Of a DNA stretch of 32,000 nt, positions 6,400-17,509 are shown one piece after another; the stretch's first letter is position 1, and every line of letters starts with the position of its first letter. The position numbers and the translations under genes were made by a program. Source of the DNA: Promethearchaeota archaeon (GTDB taxonomy: Archaea > Asgardarchaeota > Lokiarchaeia > Sigyniarchaeales > Promethearchaeaceae). The DNA lies in NCBI GenBank assembly GCA_016933055.1, contig JAFGBS010000028.1, forward strand, positions 210,001-242,000, written 5' to 3'. The notes below the pieces were generated by a model. The model saw nothing but the letters and a program-made list of their open reading frames with translations. It made no database searches and was not told the origin of the DNA.

Positions 6400-9237
6400 A
6401 TGAACATAATTGCCTATGCATTCAAAGATCTAAAAACTCAAAAATTTCGAGCAATATTAGGAGTAGTCGGAGTAGCGGTCAGCATTTTTCTTCTAACTTC
6501 AGTTTCCTTCTTGACTGATGCTGTTTCTTCTGCCTATGTGGATTATCTTGTCACAGATGCAGGGGGAATGGATGCCACTGTAAGTTATCGATGGCTTGAT
6601 GGATACACCGACAGCACCTTTGGTTCAGAGTACAATTTCAGTTATAATGAATTAATTGAAAAAATCGAGGTCGAAACCGATCAAATCGAGCATTATATTC
6701 CGAGATATCGGCAATGGCATTATTTTTATACTTCTAGATGGGGTTGGCGAGGCACAGAAATGGTGGGATTGAATATTTCGTATGAAGAAGAAATTGGATT
6801 TGGAAAATTCTTAAATACGGGATATGATTTCGTTACTCATGGTATTCCAGAGGGATATTGCGCCATATCATCCAAAATGGCCGAAGAATGGGAAATATTT
6901 GTTGGTGATTCATTCCGATTATATTGGTGGGAATGGGTTCCCGAGCAATACTGGCTCTCTCATTATTATGATTTAACTATCTTATCAGTTTTTGATCATC
7001 TATTGAAATTTCCCACTTGGATGGAGGAAATAGTGGTGGTTGATCTTTCAAGCATTCCCACTTACTTTAATAACAGTTATGGAGGGATGGAAGGTCGAGT
7101 TAATCATTTGCATATGACTTTTAAAAATTCCCAGAGCTTATATGATGTTCGAGATATCCAAGGATCGGAACGTGCTGTTGAGTCCATTGGTGCAAAAATT
7201 CAGACTGCTTTAGGGTATGGCTACTGGGTGGATTTACCAAAATTGACTAGTTTGGGTGACGCAGAATATCTGTCCATTGGGACTCGAATTATATTTATTT
7301 TTATAAGTCTTATCTCTATGTTAATTTCAGGAATTTTAATTAATGGGATCCTTTCAACTTCCGTTGAGGAAAAGATTCGAGAATTCGGCATATTCCGAAC
7401 ATTAGGTGCTCGGAAAAATTTCAATCTGAAATTAGTGATCGTTCAAGGTCTTCTAATTTGCGTTACAGGCACCACAATAGGGATTTTTTTATCTTGGTTA
7501 GGCGTATCACAAATTTTACTACCTCTATCTACGAGATGGATACCCTCTGAGATATTATCAAGTCCTATTCAATTCGTATTAAGACCAACAACATTGTTGA
7601 TTTCTTATGCGATAGGAATTGGAGTTTCTCTTGTGGTTTCTCTCTCACCAGCCATAAAAGTAATGCGATTGCAAATAGTAGAAGCAATTAATCCTTACAG
7701 ACATGAGGAATCCGTCTATAAATTAGTCAAAGAAGAGACTGTGAATGTAAGATTAATAATAATCGGATTGATTCTTGCCATAAATGGAGGATTAATCTTC
7801 TTCTTCCTACCACGTCTGATTGTGACATTGAATTTTTCTTTACTATCGACTATACTAATAATCGTACTCCTAGCTTTTCTTGTGGGGTTAACAATGGCGG
7901 GAATTGGTCTAATGCCCCTTCTTTTACGATTTTGGATAGCCATATTGAGACCTTTTGCACGGAAATTAATTGCGATAATAAGAGTAACAATTTTTCGTCA
8001 TGAAAGGCGAAATTCTTCTACAATTTTGATGTTTTGTTTATCGTTTTCCTTTGTATTATTTGCATCTAGTATGGTAGAAATTCAAAACGTTCAAGTAGGT
8101 GCTCTAATCCAGACTGAATTGGGGTCTCCATTAGTAATTCGTCGAGCAGGACATTCCCGTGCTATAACTACGGACTTCCAAGAGGAATTGATGCAGATTG
8201 AGGGCATAGAACGCAGTAGTGTTGTACTAGCTCATCCTGAATTACTTAAATCAATATATGCCTATGGAGAGGATGTTTATTATGATGCGGAAATTGGAGA
8301 TTACATAAACTTGAAATCAAGTGATATTCGATTATATGCTCTTGATAAATATTATGTAGACACAATTTACACTGAATATATTCAAATGTCTCGGGGGACA
8401 ATTAAAACAAGCTTTCCGGCCCTATTTAATGGAAATAACACATGCATTATTTCGACTGCTTTAAGCGAAGATTTATCTCTCAATTTGTATGATACTGTTC
8501 GATTGACCTTTATACGAGGCGATGAAACAACACAAGCTGAATTTGAAATTGTTGGTATAGCTAGTTTATTACCTGGCTTAGATCGATTCAAGGGTAGTTC
8601 TATTTTTGGAGGAGCTGATGGAGTTGCAATATCACATGAAAAATATCTTGAATATATGGAAATTCCAAAACCAGCATGGGCTTGGAGGATATTTGTCAGT
8701 GTTCGCGAAGATATGATTTCTCAAACACAAATGATTGAAGAAAAAATAGACGAGACTCTCTATGGAAAATGGACTTTTGGAACATATAATGTTCAAAATC
8801 TTGTACAGGAAGTGGAACGCGGTTTTCTTACAGTTCAAATTGTTCTTCAAATAATTTTATCCTTTACGATAGTGATTTGCATGTTTGGATTATTTGCAAG
8901 TTCTTATTCAAGTATTTTAGAGCGTAAACGTGAAATAGGAATTTTGCGTGCATTGGGTTTAAGAAGGGAAGGAGTTAGTAGATTATTCACTGTAGAATCC
9001 GTAGTTATATTACTAGCTAGTGGATCCACGGGAACAATAGTGGGATTTTCTACAGCAGCATTATTATCACAAAATTTGTCAATTTTCGCCCAATCACCAA
9101 GATTACTGAGTTTTCCTACTTTGACAACACTAATTTTATTTGCAGTTAGTTTGGTCGTCCTTTTGGTAGGAATGATGGCTATCCTTAGAAAAATTAAAAG
9201 AAAAAACTTGATGGAAATTTTTCGGGAGACACAATAA
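6400..9237 (+). CDS. FtsX/MacB-type ABC permease 1 (two fused permease modules)
   Basis: N-terminal TM followed by a large extracellular domain, repeated twice; motifs VEEKIREFGIFRTLGA and ILERKREIGILRALGL. Confidence 0.9.
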   Translation: MNIIAYAFKDLKTQKFRAILGVVGVAVSIFLLTSVSFLTDAVSSAYVDYLVTDAGGMDATVSYRWLDGYTDSTFGSEYNFSYNELIEKIEVETDQIEHYIPRYRQWHYFYTSRWGWRGTEMVGLNISYEEEIGFGKFLNTGYDFVTHGIPEGYCAISSKMAEEWEIFVGDSFRLYWWEWVPEQYWLSHYYDLTILSVFDHLLKFPTWMEEIVVVDLSSIPTYFNNSYGGMEGRVNHLHMTFKNSQSLYDVRDIQGSERAVESIGAKIQTALGYGYWVDLPKLTSLGDAEYLSIGTRIIFIFISLISMLISGILINGILSTSVEEKIREFGIFRTLGARKNFNLKLVIVQGLLICVTGTTIGIFLSWLGVSQILLPLSTRWIPSEILSSPIQFVLRPTTLLISYAIGIGVSLVVSLSPAIKVMRLQIVEAINPYRHEESVYKLVKEETVNVRLIIIGLILAINGGLIFFFLPRLIVTLNFSLLSTILIIVLLAFLVGLTMAGIGLMPLLLRFWIAILRPFARKLIAIIRVTIFRHERRNSSTILMFCLSFSFVLFASSMVEIQNVQVGALIQTELGSPLVIRRAGHSRAITTDFQEELMQIEGIERSSVVLAHPELLKSIYAYGEDVYYDAEIGDYINLKSSDIRLYALDKYYVDTIYTEYIQMSRGTIKTSFPALFNGNNTCIISTALSEDLSLNLYDTVRLTFIRGDETTQAEFEIVGIASLLPGLDRFKGSSIFGGADGVAISHEKYLEYMEIPKPAWAWRIFVSVREDMISQTQMIEEKIDETLYGKWTFGTYNVQNLVQEVERGFLTVQIVLQIILSFTIVICMFGLFASSYSSILERKREIGILRALGLRREGVSRLFTVESVVILLASGSTGTIVGFSTAALLSQNLSIFAQSPRLLSFPTLTTLILFAVSLVVLLVGMMAILRKIKRKNLMEIFRETQ

Positions 9238-12200
9238 TGATGAATATATATTCCCTAACAAAAAAAATTCGAAAATGCATTCAGCTAGTAATTGTATTCA
9301 GTTTTATTTCGTTAATTATGTTCTCTCCTGAGCTCCCTTTCATATCATTATCTGTAAATGATACACCTCAACTACAAAGTCCGTATAGTTCCGATGTGGC
9401 GGGTTCTGAAATGTATAGTGAACAATTATCTGCCTATATTGCCGGAAATGCGTCAATAATAAAACAAGGATATATTACGAACGATTCAAATATTTTGCGA
9501 GGATTTGATTATAGTGATCCAGCTTTTCATGAATGCTCGGTTTTAATCGCTTTATCAAATGGGATTACCCCCCAAATTTTCCCGAATCCGTTCAGTTCAA
9601 GTGCTTTCGGTTCGGAAAAATTCTTAACTTATGATTCTTTTTACGGTTTTCTATACTATGAATCTGCGACGGGTTCAGGAAAAGCAATAGCAGATCGCGC
9701 AAGTCGTGCTCTAAATATAATTGAAAACCTCTTTAATATCCAGCTTTTCATGCTTGATACCTTTAGTAAGAATCGATTTTATCCATTTTTTGGTTTTTAT
9801 CCAAATTGGGATGATTTATTTGAGTTAATCATAAATAATGCTCCACAAGATGGATATTGGGGTGCTATTGATTCCGCAAGATTATTGAGTAAAGAATATA
9901 TGACAAAAAGTCATCTCAGTTCGTATATTTTGATGTTAGATTCCGTGAACACCCTTTCATCTGGATTCGATTTCCCCGTTGAATTTGAAAAATTTGAAAT
10001 TGATCACATATCCACCTCCTTCGCTGATGTATCCGAAATCTCCAATATTTTCAGTAGTGTCTTTGATTTCTTGAACCTAACCAGTGGGGTGTTTTCTATG
10101 TTCGATACATCACAATTATTGAGGGGAGATTCTAAAATCATTACCACTATTTTACAATACGAGGGTTTAGAACAAGGAATACAACGCATTTCAGAAAATG
10201 AATATAATTTTGATCTACTGCGAGCACTAAATTATAATTCTTCAGAAAGGGGATCCCTTAGCCCTAGTAAAAAAATATACATTTCATTAGTAGGAGCTTT
10301 ATTATCGGAAATTGATATTTCTATCTATTCCTCAGATATTTTAGGATTTACTCCTCTTTATCATAACTTTTCCAGTTACATATTGGATTCCATTGAAGAA
10401 GCTGCATTTCTACTCGGTCAGAATATCGATATTTCCATAATTTCTGATTATTCTCTAAGAACATTTTGGCATACAGATGATGACGTCAATCGCATCGTTA
10501 CAAATTTATATGATCATGCGACTATAGAAAATCCGTTGAATTTAATAACGACCTTAAGCTTAACAGGTTTGCCCGTTATACCAACGGGTATTTTAGAACC
10601 CTTAAAAGAATTCATAATTCGATACGCAATTAATTCGACCGAGCCAATATTACGGATAGAAAAGGATTATCGGTTTATTTCTTATGAGACCGGTGAATAT
10701 GAAATAGATATAAAAGTAACGAACGAAGGGGATATCCCCGCATGGGGGCGTAAAATCGAATTACCGATTTTAAATCAAACCTTTTTGCCAATCCCTACTG
10801 TTATCACAGATTTTATCGAATTGCAATATGGAATGACAGCAGAAGAATTTCTTATACCAGAAGAACCACCCAGATTCATTTTCATAGATTCTTTAGGATC
10901 AGGTGTATTCGATTATCTTTATCCATCAATAACTAATTTTTCGCAACTCACCTTTTATAATCCTCAATTAGCTGAAGACATTTTAGCTCCGAGTAATGAT
11001 GATTATTTTAATTCTTCGGGAGTATCACAAGAAGAACGGCAACTATTAGCAGAATTGTTCAATCAATCATCCAGCATATTTAATCAGGACAATTGGAAAT
11101 TAAATCCAGGGGAATCTATTACTTACACACTTAGCGGCTTATCCAATGAAGCTTTCTTCGATTATTCCAGTTTTTATGATTTGAATTTCACCATAACGGG
11201 GGATAATTTAGAACCATATCTTTCTTATGGTCAATCAATCCTCCCTAGCGAACCATCCTATGCTAGAATAGAAGATGGACTTACTTGGGATATCCTTTCT
11301 GAACAAATTGGTCAAGATAACCTCATTCAAATATTTTTTTCATTTGAGAATACTACACTCATTGATTTCTACAATTTTTCTTTGGACCAAATAGGCTTGA
11401 ATTTCGAATTTACCTCTAATTTAGAACTTTCTATGGACACTCAGTTTACCTTAGAATTCTTTAATACTACGGATATGACGTTCCAATTAATACAAAATTC
11501 TCTTTATAGTGCAACAAACACGAGTGTCGAATTTAACACACCATCTAATCTGCTAGATTATATAGATCCCGCGAATAATTATCAAAGTATCTTTAAATTG
11601 ACGTTCAAAACAGAACTCCCACAAATTTTGTCGATTGATAGCCTAATCGTTCAATTTATTGATAGAGATTTGGATATTATCATGCAATCTCCCGCAAGAG
11701 TAGCGTATACGACTTATACAGGACATAATACATATTTTATTGATTCCAATCCCATTACGGCTGTTACAGATCCAGCACCCATATTGATTGCTACTTCAAC
11801 TTTAGATCATTATAGTTCTGCTCCGGGAATATTAAATACCTATAATTTAACAATCGAGAATGTGGGAGGTCTACAAGCGAATCAGGTAAATGTTACTCTA
11901 AAAGCACCTGGCATAATAGCAGATTCAGGTAATTTTACTCTTGAGAATGGATACCTCTTGTACGAATATCCCAATATTAGTGTTGGGAATTCAATTCAAA
12001 ATCTTAGCTTCAGTTTTTATACTCCTAATAGTTATAATCTCCCCCTTGCTGAAGTTGAGTACAATCATCCCATCACATTATTGAACCTAACTGATTCAGA
12101 TTTCACCACCTATACCAACGATCTGTTCATTTCCGCTCCTATTGATTATTTAACTCGGTACCCCTTTTTGTATGTATTGAAACTTTACTATAAAAGTAAT

Positions 12201-13091
12201 TATACAAATGCAGATACTGCATTTGGACTAGCACCTCAAGTAGGGGATATAATCCGGTTAGATATGGTAATTGAAAATACCGGTCCAATTACTCTTTCAG
12301 ATTTTAATTGCTCGATTCCAAATAATGTGATTGGATTTAAAAGAATGGATAATACTACAGTTCAATTTGCAAACATACAAAAAACAATCAACCAGACATT
12401 TTCTACAGAATTAAAAAAAACATACTGGGATTCTATTTTATTTCCTAATATAGATAGCTTCAATTCAAGTCAGAAATTCTCTATTCAGTTTGCACAAAAA
12501 TTTCCAATTGTATTGGGCTTTAAGAATTTTGAAATACAAAAAACATTCTCAGATTATGATGGAGTACAAAATTCCATTGTAACTGTGCAAATAAATGTCA
12601 CAAATACCGGAAATTTAAAAGTATACGATATGACCGTGATTGATTTTGCGGGATATCCAAAAGAAGGCTTTTCACTTGTAAACGGTACCCCTGATAAACT
12701 CATATCCTCACTTACTCCTGGTGAGTCTTTCATTTACACATATTCATTAAAACTCAATAAACAAGGCATCTATGAAATTAATCCCGCATCTCTCTCTTAT
12801 CGCTATATTACCACTCAAACTGCTTACAGCAGTGTTTTTCAGGTTAAGGTTCGCAATGTTTGGGTTGTAAATGCGCTTTATGTGATACTGCCAAGTTTAA
12901 TAGGAGGAATGACAGTTGGCTTGATTTATTGGTCTAAAAAAAGGTATGATTTAGAAGCAGCTGAATTTTCCCGAAGAGAGGAATTGATGTTTGGTCAAAA
13001 TCTCCGCTCAGTAGCTTGGAATAAAAGAACTCTTCAAGAAGATCTCCTAGATACTGAAGATTTAAAAACAAAGGGGGAGGATACTTTTTGA
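9237..13091 (+). CDS. Large membrane-anchored surface protein (1284 aa) with several DUF11/CARDB-like Ig domains and a TRAP-beta-like C-terminal domain
   Basis: N-terminal hydrophobic segment; recurring I.V.N.G Ig-like strands (IKVTNEG, LTIENVG, MVIENTG, INVTNTG); many N-x-S/T sequons; C-terminal TM plus a roughly 50-aa cytosolic tail. The ATG overlaps the previous stop (TAATG). Confidence 0.8.
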   Translation: MMNIYSLTKKIRKCIQLVIVFSFISLIMFSPELPFISLSVNDTPQLQSPYSSDVAGSEMYSEQLSAYIAGNASIIKQGYITNDSNILRGFDYSDPAFHECSVLIALSNGITPQIFPNPFSSSAFGSEKFLTYDSFYGFLYYESATGSGKAIADRASRALNIIENLFNIQLFMLDTFSKNRFYPFFGFYPNWDDLFELIINNAPQDGYWGAIDSARLLSKEYMTKSHLSSYILMLDSVNTLSSGFDFPVEFEKFEIDHISTSFADVSEISNIFSSVFDFLNLTSGVFSMFDTSQLLRGDSKIITTILQYEGLEQGIQRISENEYNFDLLRALNYNSSERGSLSPSKKIYISLVGALLSEIDISIYSSDILGFTPLYHNFSSYILDSIEEAAFLLGQNIDISIISDYSLRTFWHTDDDVNRIVTNLYDHATIENPLNLITTLSLTGLPVIPTGILEPLKEFIIRYAINSTEPILRIEKDYRFISYETGEYEIDIKVTNEGDIPAWGRKIELPILNQTFLPIPTVITDFIELQYGMTAEEFLIPEEPPRFIFIDSLGSGVFDYLYPSITNFSQLTFYNPQLAEDILAPSNDDYFNSSGVSQEERQLLAELFNQSSSIFNQDNWKLNPGESITYTLSGLSNEAFFDYSSFYDLNFTITGDNLEPYLSYGQSILPSEPSYARIEDGLTWDILSEQIGQDNLIQIFFSFENTTLIDFYNFSLDQIGLNFEFTSNLELSMDTQFTLEFFNTTDMTFQLIQNSLYSATNTSVEFNTPSNLLDYIDPANNYQSIFKLTFKTELPQILSIDSLIVQFIDRDLDIIMQSPARVAYTTYTGHNTYFIDSNPITAVTDPAPILIATSTLDHYSSAPGILNTYNLTIENVGGLQANQVNVTLKAPGIIADSGNFTLENGYLLYEYPNISVGNSIQNLSFSFYTPNSYNLPLAEVEYNHPITLLNLTDSDFTTYTNDLFISAPIDYLTRYPFLYVLKLYYKSNYTNADTAFGLAPQVGDIIRLDMVIENTGPITLSDFNCSIPNNVIGFKRMDNTTVQFANIQKTINQTFSTELKKTYWDSILFPNIDSFNSSQKFSIQFAQKFPIVLGFKNFEIQKTFSDYDGVQNSIVTVQINVTNTGNLKVYDMTVIDFAGYPKEGFSLVNGTPDKLISSLTPGESFIYTYSLKLNKQGIYEINPASLSYRYITTQTAYSSVFQVKVRNVWVVNALYVILPSLIGGMTVGLIYWSKKRYDLEAAEFSRREELMFGQNLRSVAWNKRTLQEDLLDTEDLKTKGEDTF

Positions 13092-16000
13092 AAAGCATTA
13101 AAAGATCTCACCAATTCGTTCTTGGATTAAGTTTCACAATATTAATGATTACGGCCATTGCGAATACTCAATTATATGAAAATACGATTTACATAGGAAA
13201 TGAATTTCGAGATCCTCCTTCCTCCCAGATGAATTATATAAAAGACCAATTACATCTCGATCCTTATATTTGGAATACCCTTGGATTTTCAGGAGATCCC
13301 AATGCATCCATCGTAATAATTGGTTCTGGTATTGATTTTAGGCACCCGAAATTTGGCTACGATTCATTCGGAGATAAGGATTTCAACAAAAAAATCATAG
13401 GGTGGAAAGATTATGTGAACATTTCCAATTTGGAACCTGTCGATCCTCATGGATTGAGTACCTTTACAGCAATATCGGCATTTGGAAATAATGATTCCAA
13501 TTCAAAAATTTACTTAGATAGTGAAAACCGAACTTCTATTACTTTGGGCAGTAAATATGAGCAACAAAATCTATTTCCCACAGATCCTGGACCTGGGTGG
13601 TTTAATATAAAATTAGGATCATTGTGTATAGACCAAATAAATGCCAACATCACTCTGAACGCCACATATTCAGAATATAGCACAAATTTCATCCAAAATG
13701 CCAGTTTTCAAATAAAATCAGGAAATACCGTGCTAAATCAGACTATTGAAGATCTACATGGGATTTATAGAAACCTTAGTTATACCACGGAAATTCAACC
13801 CGCAATTTATGACTTTTACTTTCGATATTACTTGAAATTTTCAAGCCCCGCAAATTTTTCTGTGAATGCAATTATAAAAGCACCCTTAGAAAATGGAACA
13901 GATTACTCGGGAATTGCACCTCAAACAAAAATTATTGGATTACGTATATTGAATGAAAAATTAGAGGGAAACGTATCATCTTTAGTTTCCGCCTTAAATT
14001 GGGCAAAAATTAATCGTGATGATTATCATATTATTGGAATTCAAGTTGATTTGGGTGATTATGAATGGGATGTTTCTGCAACTATCCTCTCAGACGTTAT
14101 TGAGAGCGTAATAGAAAGTGGAATCATGTTATTCCTACCAGCGGGAGACAGTGGTGTAAAAACAAATGCTCTTAATCCTCTGGTCGTAAGTGAATACCCT
14201 ATTGTTGTAGGTTCTGTCAGCGATATTGGAAAACTGACATTTTATACATCACTTGGGCAAGAAATTTCTACTAACCATAAAAAAATCGACATTCTTGCGC
14301 CAGGTGGTAGTTATCTTGCTGGACATCGAACAATTATTTCAGCTGATACAAACGCAAATGATGCCTTAGGATATTTACAGGATCAAAGTATCAATGATTC
14401 TACATCCATAATTAGTACTTCTATCAGTACAGGATTTGTTACTGCGGCATATAGCTTATTAGTCGAAGCCTTGGGAGGTTATATGGTCTGGGAAAGCCTG
14501 CGAACCATAAATACAACATTAGCATTAAAATCTCGTTTATTAATGACAGCGACAGAATTGAATCAAGCAAGAGAAGACAATCCCTACACAACTGCAGTTG
14601 ATGAGAGCTCGACTATTTTTTCACCAAATATAGATCGGGGATTAAAGGATACTATAGAAGGATTTGGATTACTCAATATTCCTGCAGCTCTTGAAAGTAT
14701 CTTATTTGAAATTATGATGGATAGTCAAGTTACGGATCACCTTGTTTCTGCCCCAATTAATATTACAGGCTTGCATAGTTTTGCCCGGAGAATACAATTA
14801 AACCAAAATGAATACTATAATTTTACTCTCAATTTCTCGAATTCTTCCGATCTTGATCTATATATATATCAAAATCGTTCCGATTTGTTCGGAGACCCGA
14901 TTTTAATACAAAAATCCACTTCAAGTGGGAATATTAACGAATCTATTGTTTTCGGATTAGAACAAGATTCTGGAGAATATATTTTAGTAATTAAGTCAAT
15001 TGATGGAAATTTAACGAAATTCGAATTAAACGTGACTAATTTACCAAACCTAAATGCACCAACTCTTACAGATCATTCAGTGGCTGGGATTCAAGGATAC
15101 AACGACACTTTGGATACCTTTGAATTCATGATTAACTATACTGATTTAGATAATCTACCACCAATAACGATAGATCTCAATATTACGGGTGTTTTTGAAT
15201 TGATTCCATTTATAAAAGTTTCAATGGATATGAATTACACTGATGGCTGCTTATATTCAGCAAGATTTCATTTCTACGAGACGGGAACATACCATTATCA
15301 CATAATTGCTTGGGATGGAATAAACTTAGTTAGAACTCCTGAACTAGTAGAATACAATTTAACAGTAGTTCCAATAAAAAATGCTGTATACAACAATTAT
15401 AGCTGGTTCTTTTCCTCGATGGGTGATTGGGAGAAAGAGGGTTATTGGAACAACATCTCTCAATCCAATGAAATCGATCCCCGAGGAATAATGGGACAAA
15501 ATTGGAACGCATTATACTTTGGGGATACGGATTCCGCTTATTTGGGAAAATATTCTTACGAAAGTGTGCCAGAATTGAGTGTATCAAGAGCCTATTCCCC
15601 ACAATTTTGGTTAAATGCAAGTTCCAATCCAATTCTTCGACTAGGAACGCGAATTAGTATAAATCAAGGCGATTTCTTTATCTTAAACATCCGCTTAAAT
15701 AGAACGGGTTCGTGGACCACAATTGATTCATTCAGTAACTCTGAAACTGAATGGAGATTGTTAAAATATGATTTATCAGCATATGTTTCATCATATGTTC
15801 AATTTCAACTGGTAGTAGAATTAGATTTATTAGATGATATTGAGTACAATAAGGGTATTTTACTTAGTGAATTCACTCTATTACAACAACATCCTGTTAA
15901 CATCAATCCAACTTTGATTTTTAATGCCACTGTAACCCCAGATGAAGGTCCTATATATCAAAATTATCGTTTTTCTGTTATTGTCGGAGATAAAGACGGA

Positions 16001-17494
16001 GAAACTCCGGATATGGTGTATTTAGAGATAGATCAAATCAATTATACGATGTTTAATATATATGGTGATTTTGATAGTACATATGAGTTGGATAATGGAA
16101 CCTTAGAATCAGGAGGAATCATATATGCGTATGACATATTTCTCGCTGCTGTTCGCAATTCCACTTTCCGCATCCATGTAGTAGCCAATAGTTACAGTAT
16201 GACAACGGAATTTTTCGCCGGACCACAATTAAGCATACATACCACTTCCTCTTTTCCTTATTATGGAATTCCGTCCAATATGAGCGTATATGGTAATCCT
16301 CAACCTCATCCTCAAACAATATGGGTAAGTTCTAGTAATTCCCTCCACTATATTGCTCGAGATGAGGTTTGGTATTTTGGTGAAAAATACTACTTTGGAT
16401 ATGGAGAGAACTGGAATGTATATATGGTAACATCCCTAATTCGTATTCCGCGTTCTACTGAAGAAACCGATCGAGTTTACTTATGGTTTGAACATCAATT
16501 AAGGTTTGATACACTTTTTCCCCAATTATTTGGGGATGATTATGCACAAATAATGATTTCCCCGGATTTCGGATCTCATTGGTATGAACTCATAACATAT
16601 GATGAAAATGTGAATCAATATCAAAGTCAAAAAATTGATTTGTGGAATTATAGAGGAATGGATGTGCTCATTCGTTTTAACTTTCATTCCGATGATACTA
16701 GTTTTCTACCAACGTTCCAGACGGGATGGTATGTACGAAATATTATGGTAAATGTGGATCTATCTTTAGATAAAGAACCCCCTACCGTAATTTTCACCAA
16801 TATTATACCGAATATGGAAGTTAATGAAACATTTACTATTGAAATATATATTACGGATCCCTCAGGAGTGGATGATAGTTTAGTTACACTTTTCATTAAT
16901 ACAATTATTATAGACGATGCAGTTTCTGAAGATGGAGTAATCCTGTATGATTTAGATACAACTAAATTTCGAAATGGAAATACCACAATTTCAGTTTTAG
17001 CGTATGATGAGGTGGGGAACAAGATCATTGAAACCACTTATATTATTATAAAAAATGAAGGCTCTCCAATGGTGTGGATTTATATAATAATAGGGGTCAC
17101 AATTGCTCTAATTGCAGGAATTTTATATTTCTATTTTCAAGTATTCGTACCCTCTCAAAGGAAGAAAGAACTACGTCAAGAGATGTTATCGGAAGAACAA
17201 CAAAGAAGATTGATGGAAGAACTGAGAGAGCGTCAAGTGACAGAAATGAGAATTCGAGAAGAAACAGAACTAGCTACTCCAGAATCTGAGGCGTTGAAAT
17301 CTTTTACATATGAATGCAGAAGATGCAGGAAACAATTTCAAAATCAAGACTATATTTGGTCAATGATTTGTCCCGATTGTAAAACGGATACCTTAAATTT
17401 GGTATACCAGTGTAAATTATGCGGAAAAATCTATTATGAAGATATGCCGGGAGAATATTTCTGTAAAGATTGTAATATCAAATTATTAAAATAA
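13088..17494 (+). CDS. Single-pass membrane protein: degenerate S8 subtilase domain, PPC-like, MAM/cleaved-adhesin-like and Ig-like domains, TM helix, coiled coil and double zinc ribbon
   Basis: Subtilase scaffold motifs IIGSGIDFRHP, YSGIAP.TKII.LRIL, AGDSG, IVVGSV, DILAPGG, STSIS, LLMTA, GFGLLNI; TM at about 17069-17149; C-terminal CRRC, CPDC, CKLC, CKDC. TTG start overlaps the previous stop, with a GGAGG RBS. Confidence 0.85.
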   Translation: MKSIKRSHQFVLGLSFTILMITAIANTQLYENTIYIGNEFRDPPSSQMNYIKDQLHLDPYIWNTLGFSGDPNASIVIIGSGIDFRHPKFGYDSFGDKDFNKKIIGWKDYVNISNLEPVDPHGLSTFTAISAFGNNDSNSKIYLDSENRTSITLGSKYEQQNLFPTDPGPGWFNIKLGSLCIDQINANITLNATYSEYSTNFIQNASFQIKSGNTVLNQTIEDLHGIYRNLSYTTEIQPAIYDFYFRYYLKFSSPANFSVNAIIKAPLENGTDYSGIAPQTKIIGLRILNEKLEGNVSSLVSALNWAKINRDDYHIIGIQVDLGDYEWDVSATILSDVIESVIESGIMLFLPAGDSGVKTNALNPLVVSEYPIVVGSVSDIGKLTFYTSLGQEISTNHKKIDILAPGGSYLAGHRTIISADTNANDALGYLQDQSINDSTSIISTSISTGFVTAAYSLLVEALGGYMVWESLRTINTTLALKSRLLMTATELNQAREDNPYTTAVDESSTIFSPNIDRGLKDTIEGFGLLNIPAALESILFEIMMDSQVTDHLVSAPINITGLHSFARRIQLNQNEYYNFTLNFSNSSDLDLYIYQNRSDLFGDPILIQKSTSSGNINESIVFGLEQDSGEYILVIKSIDGNLTKFELNVTNLPNLNAPTLTDHSVAGIQGYNDTLDTFEFMINYTDLDNLPPITIDLNITGVFELIPFIKVSMDMNYTDGCLYSARFHFYETGTYHYHIIAWDGINLVRTPELVEYNLTVVPIKNAVYNNYSWFFSSMGDWEKEGYWNNISQSNEIDPRGIMGQNWNALYFGDTDSAYLGKYSYESVPELSVSRAYSPQFWLNASSNPILRLGTRISINQGDFFILNIRLNRTGSWTTIDSFSNSETEWRLLKYDLSAYVSSYVQFQLVVELDLLDDIEYNKGILLSEFTLLQQHPVNINPTLIFNATVTPDEGPIYQNYRFSVIVGDKDGETPDMVYLEIDQINYTMFNIYGDFDSTYELDNGTLESGGIIYAYDIFLAAVRNSTFRIHVVANSYSMTTEFFAGPQLSIHTTSSFPYYGIPSNMSVYGNPQPHPQTIWVSSSNSLHYIARDEVWYFGEKYYFGYGENWNVYMVTSLIRIPRSTEETDRVYLWFEHQLRFDTLFPQLFGDDYAQIMISPDFGSHWYELITYDENVNQYQSQKIDLWNYRGMDVLIRFNFHSDDTSFLPTFQTGWYVRNIMVNVDLSLDKEPPTVIFTNIIPNMEVNETFTIEIYITDPSGVDDSLVTLFINTIIIDDAVSEDGVILYDLDTTKFRNGNTTISVLAYDEVGNKIIETTYIIIKNEGSPMVWIYIIIGVTIALIAGILYFYFQVFVPSQRKKELRQEMLSEEQQRRLMEELRERQVTEMRIREETELATPESEALKSFTYECRRCRKQFQNQDYIWSMICPDCKTDTLNLVYQCKLCGKIYYEDMPGEYFCKDCNIKLLK

Positions 17495-17509
17495 TGAAGG
17501 AGAAAAATA

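Noticed and set aside
13088-14700. Annotating 13088..17494 as an active serine protease, or as a pseudogene
   Set aside because: The Asp and His of the triad are replaced, which argues against activity, yet the 4.4-kb frame is intact and translationally coupled, which argues against decay.
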